Part shown: positions 34,861 to 42,934 of the stretch, in pieces
How the letters are laid out: every line of letters begins with the position of its first letter
Position numbering within the stretch: position 1 is the first letter of the stretch
Notes under the pieces: model-generated
Told to the model about the DNA's origin: nothing
The model's database searches: none
Seen by the model: only the letters and a program-made list of their open reading frames with translations
Source: Blastocystis sp. subtype 4
Lineage: Eukaryota
Length of the DNA stretch: 42,934 bases
Direction of reading: 5' to 3'
Assembly (NCBI RefSeq): GCF_000743755.1
Contig: NW_014569485.1
Location: 1 to 42,934, forward strand
Program-made: the position numbers and the translations under genes

Positions 34861-37800
34861 CTATTGCTTATAAGCCAGAAAGAATTCTATATCCACATTA
34901 TCATCGACAACTCGAGTCTCCATCTCATTCACTGTACTCCAAGGAATATCCGTATTATCAACCATCCCAACCCCATCATGATAAACGTTCTCTGCACGAA
35001 TCGCACTAGCCTTCAACTTCGCATCTTTCCTCTCATATTCCCCAAGAAGGGTAGCAAACTCAAGCATACTCACCCAATAATATCTCTATACAATCAGACA
35101 ATCTCTCAGTGAATACAAGTTGATTGGATGGGATGAAGTGTAATCCATTCCGACTGTTGTTATTTCCATGTTCATTCAATCCAATCAAAATATGGAGTTT
35201 TGCCTTCATCATCTCGGCCAAACGAAGATCCACCCACTACGGTTCAACTACTTCTAATCACCTACTTGTGTCTCTCGAACTTCACTTAATGTCAGTGATG
35301 TTGCAATTCTTGCATTCTTTGCCTTGACTACCTTACTTGCTATTGATTTCGAATAGGCGTCATAATTGAATTCCTTCCACAATTTGTTCTGATTTTCGAA
35401 ATCATATTTGAAGATATCATCTTCTTCTTCGCGAGATGGGATCGATTGGTTTTGGACTTTAATACCCTCTCTTCGTTGTCTCTTTTTATGTTCCAGTAAC
35501 TTGGTATATAAATCGTTTTGAAGTTCATCTACATCGTATCTCCTCACAACTCTTACGGCTTCCATAGCCAGGAAGATACGATAAACGTGTACGGAACATT
35601 TTATAAAGCAAAAGACGATGGAAGATATGGCGGATATTTGCGTTCCAATGAGTAAAGAAGAGGGAAAAATTAGGGAACACAATTAATTTGTACAACTATA
35701 AATAATTGAAATAACACAAAAGAACCATCAAACGATGTTCTCCATTAAAGAAATCCTCATTGAAATAGATAAACGTGATTACCTTCTCAAGGATTTGAAT
35801 GTGAGGCATGCGGATTAATCCTTGTAAGACATACAAAAAGTACACATAATTGATTCTGCTTTCAAACAACATATGATTATACCGACTCACTTCAGGATAT
35901 GCAAAGAGATGCATTTCGGCAAGTGGTACAATTCGGAAAATGGTGGTCCGAAAACGACGATCATACTTCACAGGGATAATCATTCTTCGATCTTGTAGAA
36001 TTGTTAAGAAATCAAGACCTTCTCCACGTGAAGTGATAATGTCTAGTTCTCAAAACTGATTTCTATCATACTCTTTTCAAGGAGGAATTGAATAGCTTGA
36101 GGGAGTGTGAAACCCTCAACATTTCGATTCACAAAATAATTAGCGTTTCGAATAGAGTTATATTCATTTGGAATGGATTGATTCGATCCTGGGAGGGAAG
36201 AAGTGGATTTGGGTTCAGAATGAGAAGATAAAGGAATCAATGAAGTGGGTTTGGATTCAGCAATGGATGGAGGTTCTTCCATCAAGGAAGTGACTCGTTT
36301 CAATGGAGTTACCCATTGTGAAGGAAGTGTCCTTTCCTCTGAATGACTTAATTCTTCCTTCTTTCGAATGGTAGAATCAATCGTTGTTTCATACATCAAA
36401 TCCAATGCATTGTACTGAGTATAAATGATTGAAAGACTATTGTTGTAATAATGATTGGTGTGAGAGAGAGCATCAAACTGAGGTAAGTCAAAATCACAAG
36501 AAGCTTCTGGTGATTGTTGAGACGTATGAATGGAACAGGACCCAGTAGGTGTTGATAGGAACTGAGAAGTTGTAAAGGATTGCTTATTGGATGATTGAAG
36601 AAGAAGAAGGAGTTTCACTTCAGATGACTACGTATAAGAAACATGATCAGTACTTACAGAATACACAGACTGATAGAATTCAAGTGAATACTGCTGATAC
36701 AAGATATGATCATTTTGTTTACGAATTGCTTTTAATAGATTATGAAGAACCATCATACTCTTTGAAATATCAAGGAATACACTGATATTGCATTTATCAA
36801 AGAGGATTGCCATTACACTAAAATTCATTATAAATTCATTATAATTACTAATTCAATACATCTCCATTAATTACCATTACATCACTAAATCATAAACTTC
36901 TCAACATATAATTATACCACATCGCATAAGCTACACTATCTCGCATCACTCGATCTAATGCAAGATTCATTCGCAGTATTCCACTTGATAATTTGCTCAC
37001 AAAGAAGTCCTGAAAATTGATCAGGAATAAGCGCATAAACAGAAAGAAACCAGGAATTGCTTCCCAACAGATATCTAATCATCATTCATTCTGTATTTAT
37101 TGTACTTGGATCATCTTCACAAACATATCGGATATGATTCATGTATGTCGTTATGAATTGAGCTACTAAAGCTTTCGATTTACTCATACTAAAAATCAGA
37201 CCTATTTCTGGGAATCCATACACATCCACTATTTGCATATCTAAATACAGATCTCCAATCAATTCACATCCTCGTTCTTTTTCAATACTACCATCACTAG
37301 CAGCATCATTCAATACATTCTCATTGGTCACTCCTTCAACACCAGATCCATCATACTGTGAATCAAGAATTGAATCCCAAACAAAGAGAGAAGGATGACA
37401 CATCACAAAGCTCTGTCTCCTTAGTGCGATCTCTTTTGATGATCTTGCTTGTTCCACCATCATATCGACATACACATTCATATTTGGGAGTTTCAGTGGA
37501 GGTAACACATTCTCTTCAAGATTTGTCGTAGCACTCCCTGAGACCTCTTGTGTGGGATTCAATGTGTATCTATTTAGAATGAAAATGGATCTCCCGTACC
37601 TATGATTTCGCAAGATATCTTGAATGTTGGTAGTGGAGTATGGATTCTCAAAATGATCATCCTCGATCGAAACAATAGCAAAGTTATGATCATCATAACA
37701 GAATTCTTCTTCTGCTATAGGAGTTGGTGAGTGATCCACATCATCATGGAAGATTGTCTGATCAGACCGAATTACATACACAGGAGGAATTGTAGCAGCA

Positions 37801-38840
37801 ACAGCTACCCATCATCCATCAATCGAATACGAACCTTGCATATCCAGTTCACGTTCTTCCACTGACAGATCACTACGAGTACTTGGTAAATCCTCTTCAA
37901 TAGGATACAGAACCTCACTTGTATCGGATTGCGTATGAGGTGGTGATAGAGTAGGATTCCCATTATCAGCGACTCGAGATGACACTGCATGGTTTTCACT
38001 GGAATGATTCATTGGATGATGAGGAATGTCACGACAGAGGGATGTATCAATATACTTGTCTAAGAAGGAAGGAGTAGTAGTTGATTGCGATACATCCTCA
38101 AGACCAACATTCTCTGCTAATACTGTATTCTTAATCAGACCTTGAAGCTTTGTGAGAAAGCAAACACGATATTCTGGTAAACGTAAGATGGCAATCGTCA
38201 CAGTCTAGATAAAAAATAAGCAAGAACACTCTACAGTGAATACAAAGTCTCGTGAAGCAGAAACATTAGCAACAATAGCTCTTGGAGTGTAGAGAAGAGA
38301 CAACTTCAGAAGAAAGAGATACTGTCCTAATTGCTCACTGGTCTTAGAGTCCAAAGGAGTGTGAGCATCGTGAAAACCACAATGTTCCTTGTCATCACTT
38401 CTAGAACAAAATATATACCAGAAAGAATTCTCTTCGTGTAGTAATAGCAGAAATATATTTGAATATATCGCATTGATCCGCAAAGCGAGCCTAGACCCTC
38501 AGTATAGACTAGTACACAAATACCGTCTTTAGCATCATCAAAAGCCGGGACCATAACTTTAGCAACACAGAACGCATATAGATCTGATGTCTTTCTCGAT
38601 CATACTCTACCATGATGATAATCACTCCTCCATAATTACCAAAGCCAGGACAAAGGATAAACTGACTATTAGATAGCAAGACATTGTACGACTCTCTATC
38701 ATCACTTATAGTACTAGCTAGGTTTGAAAGAGACCTTCCAATTGCCTTTGTATACTTTGGAAGCGAAGACATCAGCCTATTAACTGGAAAAAAGTACTTC
38801 AATCATATGTTTGTTTAGTGATTACAGCCTTGATCATTAT
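34861..38840 (-). CDS. Large multi-exon protein, DUF1765/UPF0592-like (5' end uncertain, may extend to about 39008)
   Basis: A hidden exon at about 35560-35695 encodes FFTHWNANIRHIFHRLLLYKMF and joins the upstream ORFs to those at 35254 and 34861. Confidence 0.5.
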
Positions 38841-39065
38841 GGCATTCCCCTATCAAGACACAGATCAATGCATGAATGGATGTATCCTTGAAATCCCTTA
38901 AAAGAGTCCACAGATGGGTTGTATTGCAACACCATCATTGTCGAGAGAACTATCCATTCTGACAGTACCACTTCTATTACTGGTCATCCATACTATTTCA
39001 AGTGCCATAGTCAATTTCGTGTGGATTCTGTCAATTCTAGTCAAGTCACAATTCCTTTCACATCT

Positions 39066-39721
39066 ATGGAAGACTCACATTCGCGAACAACTACACAACT
39101 AGATGCAGTTAGTTCTCTTTTCAAGAGTAAAAGATTGCTCATCGTCCAGTTTGTGTCCATGGTAACTTTCTTCGCTTCTGCTTTGGCAGCATGGAAGTCG
39201 TTATCCTTTGTATTGAATACAACAACGCCTATTGTTGTAATCCTCACGTACGCCAATGCTGAAGAGTGGATGAGTTGTAGTGGATCGATGCTTCCTGCAT
39301 ATCGCAGAGGAGATGTCCTTCTTATTGATAATCGTTTTTCGGAGTTGAAGATTGGAGATATCGTGATTTACAACATTCCGGGAAGAGATATTCCTATTGT
39401 TCATAGACTGCATGTAATTAATAACCCGTACTGTACAGAGGTAAAAGATGATACCTAGTGGAAATGAGGAAGATGCTCACTACTTGACAAAGGGAGATAA
39501 CAACCGTGTGCATGACCAACAACTTTACCAAAAGAGTAAGGGGAATTCATCCATTGTGAACTGTAGACCAACTCTTCATCCCTCGAGATTACATCTACGG
39601 CCGTAGTGTAATTTATGCTCCCTATTTTGGAATGTTTACAATCTGGACCACAGATTATCCTTGGCTTCGTTATTTGTTGCTGGGTATGATGGGACTGTTC
39701 ATTCTCACAGGAAAAGAATAG
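39066..39721 (+). CDS. SEC11: Signal peptidase complex catalytic subunit SEC11
   Basis: PIVVILT/GSMLPAYRRGD (after intron 39248-39280), IPIVHR, LTKGDNN, PYFGMFTI. Confidence 0.95.
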
Positions 39722-39806
39722 TGTATAATCGGTTTTATTGTTTGCTAGAAAACAGAGAACTGTAACAGTCACTTTGAAACTGAATACAAATACATTTTAC
39801 GAAAAT

Positions 39807-40683
39807 AACTTATCTTTCTCAGTGGCACGAGTGCGAAAGATACGACTAAAAATCAAAACCAATAACGGTGATTACTCTATCATCTCTTCACAAGTTGGTG
39901 GAACCGTTAAATCCTCAAAGAGAGAAGATTGGTCTCCGCTGGATGACGAATTTAAAATAGTTGCTTGTACATCGGGAGCATGAACAAGCGTATTACATAG
40001 TACTCCCACCAGAATATTCAGTGCTGATACATTTTCCTTAATATAAGCTACAAATGATATTCCGTAACTTAAATTACAAGATGCACCAGTTAGTAATTGC
40101 AAACGATCCAGTTTCTCAGATCCGTCATATTGATATTTCTTAGACGTAATCAGGAAATCCTTCACATTCTCGATTGCTGAATTTTCCGAATGCCGTCGTT
40201 TCTATCATTTACAATTTCCATCCACTCTCACAGACTCACAATGACGATGCTTATCCTTTTTCAAATCCGTCAGAGAAGGAACAAGGAAATCATCTTGGAT
40301 AGGCTCCTTCACTCGCTTCCCTTTTCGTCTTTCACCTGATCGAACCATAGCAAAGAATTATGAAGCTTTACCAGAAAATGACCCTATTTCTTCCACTGTC
40401 AGATGGAACCCCGATTTATGGAATTGCAATAATAGTGTCATTCTGATCATTGGTATGAAACAAGTCAAATCAGTACTCGAAATGTATTTTGAACAATCAG
40501 TTCGCTTTTTCATTACCATAGAGATAATAGACTCTGATTTCATAAGCATTCCAATATAAACACCAAGTTGATATTCATCATTTAATCCCATCAGTAGTGT
40601 ACTAAACTTCCTACATTACAAAATAATTGTGGAAATAGGACAGAATAGATCCAAATCGGCCCAAATAATGGCAAGAATGTCAT
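39807..40683 (-). CDS. Hypothetical protein (boundaries approximate)
   Basis: Consecutive minus-strand ORFs separated by intron-like gaps; TAA at 39807-09 after a last intron. Confidence 0.4.
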
Positions 40684-40700
40684 ATTTCCTCCAAACTGCA

Positions 40701-41787
40701 ATGAATGACAATATCAACATGTCAATCGAGAAGATTGACGAGTGGATAGAAGGTGTGTCGCAGTGTAAGTTGCTGTCGGAGGCAGATGTCAAGGTCATCT
40801 GTGATAAAGTGGAGATTGAATAGCTGAATTATATGAAGGCACGCGAGATTTTCATTGCAGAAGCGAATATTCAGCCAGTTAGTTGCCCTGTAACCATTTG
40901 CGGCGATGTCCATGGCCAATTCCATGATCTTCTGGAGTTATTCAAAATCGGAGGTGATTTACCAGATACAAACTATCTCTTCATGGGAGACTATGTGGAT
41001 CGAGGTTATCACTCTGTGAGATTCACCGATAATTGTGATTCATAGGTCGAAACAACTACATTGTTGATGTTATTGAAGATCCGATATCCTGAACGCCTTT
41101 TCGTGTTACGTGGAAATCATGAAAGCAGACAAATTACTCGCGTGTATTAGTTGGCGCTATTGATGAATATAGATATGGTTTTTACGATGAGTGTGTCAGG
41201 AAGTACGGAGATGCTACCGTCTGGAAGTATTTTACGGATCTCTTTGACTACATGCCTATTACAGCTCTTGTAGAAGGTGAAATATTTGCTTTGCACGGAG
41301 GATTGTCACCCTCCATCTCTTCCCTGAATCAGATTCGGGAACTAAATCGGGTTGTTGAAGTTAACCATGAAGGAAGTATGTGCGATTTGCTGTGGTCCGA
41401 TCCGGATGATAAAACAGGATGGGGTATTTCGCCTCGTGGGGCTGGATATACCTTTGGAAGTGATATTAGTGATAGATTCAACCGTGAAAATGGTCTGAGT
41501 TTAATTACCCGAGCCCATCAGCTCGTTATGGAGGCAAGGTATTTTGTAGGAGAGTGAAATTGCAGGGATATCATTGGTGTCATAATCAAAATGTGGTTAC
41601 AATCTTTTCTGCTCCAAATTACTGTTATCGATGTGGAAATCAGGCTGCAGTGTTAGAAATTGGCGAGAATATGGACTATTCTTTGTATTGATTCATGTAA
41701 CTCTTTACTTCTAGTTTGCAGTTTGATCCAGCACCTCGAAATGGTGACCCAGAAGTTGCTCAGCGTGCACCAGATTACTATTTGTAA
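40701..41787 (+). CDS. Ser/Thr protein phosphatase 2A-family catalytic subunit
   Basis: [57 protein letters not shown]-terminus RAPDYYL. Confidence 0.95.
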
Positions 41788-41903
41788 TCATTTAGCTATT
41801 ATAGACTATATTAGTAGTGGTTGTTTGTTGAATTCAATACTATCCAATAATCGCGGGAGTTACGTTAGAATAGTTTTGGTTGAATCGGCTCAGTTGCCAC
41901 AGA

Positions 41904-42789
41904 ATGCAACAGTGTTGGCTTCTTGTGGTTATGGCCATGGTGCTACATAGTATTTGGTGATTATTCTATGCTCACGAATTAGGATGCAGTGCTGAGAGTC
42001 CTTTAACTATCTGGACTACACCCAGTAGCGAAGTCCAGTGGACTCGTTGCATCCAGAATGTTTCTGATGAGAGACTGACCAATTCCGCACTGTATTGTGA
42101 GTCGTTGGATCCTTTGGAGCAGCAAATATGGAATCGTCAAATTGCGAAAATGAGTCTTCTAAAGTAGTTAACGATGTTGATCATTTCTTTAAGATATCAA
42201 AGAAACGTGGAGAATAACTCAAATCGTATTGTTTGGACCCCAAATTCCATGCTACTAGATCGTATGCAATTAGAAACGGGTATTAGTTGTAGACCAATCC
42301 ATTTCTCTTAGAACAGACGAATTGAAATGGGCAGCATTCATATCAATCCAAAAGGATGCCAAAGTGGTTGAAGTACATTCCTTCAGACCGTTTGTTTCTG
42401 TACTGATCTTTATTCTAGAATTTCCAATTTGGATGTGATATCAAGTTGTGTTCTTCCCGTAAATGATAATCTCTTTGTGTTTGTAAGTTTTTCAGGTATG
42501 AAACAAATTGGAATGATCAAATACAGATGATTCTGTACTTGTCTCAGATCAAGTGGTTGAATTCCAGTTTCATCCTACTTCTATCAACATTACGGCGCGG
42601 ATATCGGATTGTGAGGTCTTTTTTCAAATCGTACCATCCTCAAGACAGGTAGATTCTTGTGTTGGTTCTAAGGGACAGACTACTGTAAGTACAATTCACG
42701 GAAATGATCCTCGAATGAGACCAATCATTATTGTATTTTTGGTTGAAATGGCATTTTTGACTTGTATTGCTTTTGTACTATTATACTGA
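41904..42789 (+). CDS. Hypothetical secretory-pathway membrane protein
   Basis: Hydrophobic N-terminus MQQCWLLVVMAMVL; C-terminal TM IIIVFLVEMAFLTCIAFVLLY; TGTTTGTT at 42804-11; internal exons not fully resolved. Confidence 0.5.
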
Positions 42790-42879
42790 TCCTTTTATGA
42801 AAGTGTTTGTTCAAATACTATTCTCCACTTCTCTCACAAACAATCTCCAAAATCGACATACCATTGATCATTGATCTGC

Positions 42880-42934
42880 TTAAGGTTCAATACGTCCACG
42901 CACACGTCCAGTACGACGAGCAGCAATGAGACCA
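42880..42934 (-). CDS. RPL8: 60S ribosomal protein L8 (uL2), C-terminal end
   Basis: Translates GLIAARRTGRVRGRIEP*, the conserved uL2 C-terminal motif. Confidence 0.9.
   Translation of the reverse strand, partial: GLIAARRTGRVRGRIEP

Noticed and set aside
38808..38815. Plus-strand TGTTTGTT with no plus-strand gene ending there (also at about 34056)
   Set aside because: Falls antisense within minus-strand genes; an 8-mer can occur by chance, and there is no evidence of an antisense transcript
773..42789. Numerous short antisense or overlapping ORFs in the track, and the impression of pseudogenes or a non-standard genetic code
   Set aside because: Where checked, stops fall within ~30-nt GT-AG introns and the spliced genes are intact under the standard code; antisense ORFs lack recognisable motifs

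Overview
Eukaryotic nuclear DNA, very gene-dense (about 25 genes in 43 kb). Genes carry many tiny GT-AG introns of about 28-36 nt, and a TGTTTGTT-like element lies just 3' of most genes. This combination is the known signature of the gut stramenopile Blastocystis (inference; subtype not determined). The ORF track is therefore fragmented, and gene models here were spliced by hand. Recognisable genes: Pumilio (3' end), PiT phosphate transporter, a long coiled-coil protein with 14-aa repeats, PP2C, LENG8/THP3, RICTOR, glycogen phosphorylase, RPL22, a C2 protein, a bacterial-type two-domain class II aldolase, IFRD, CANT1 apyrase, SmG, Tom40-like, RBM48, a DUF1765-like protein, SEC11, PP2A-C and RPL8 (3' end). 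Highlights: (1) an intact 8-intron, 419-aa paralog of the bifunctional mRNA capping enzyme in which both active sites are lost and the OB domain is absent; (2) an RNase MRP RNA gene followed by the mRNA-type 3'-end signal; (3) a candidate U12-type AT-AG intron in glycogen phosphorylase, with the minor-spliceosome factor RBM48 in the same window; (4) several genes whose UAA stop appears to be completed by polyadenylation. All family calls come from motif recall, not from database searches.
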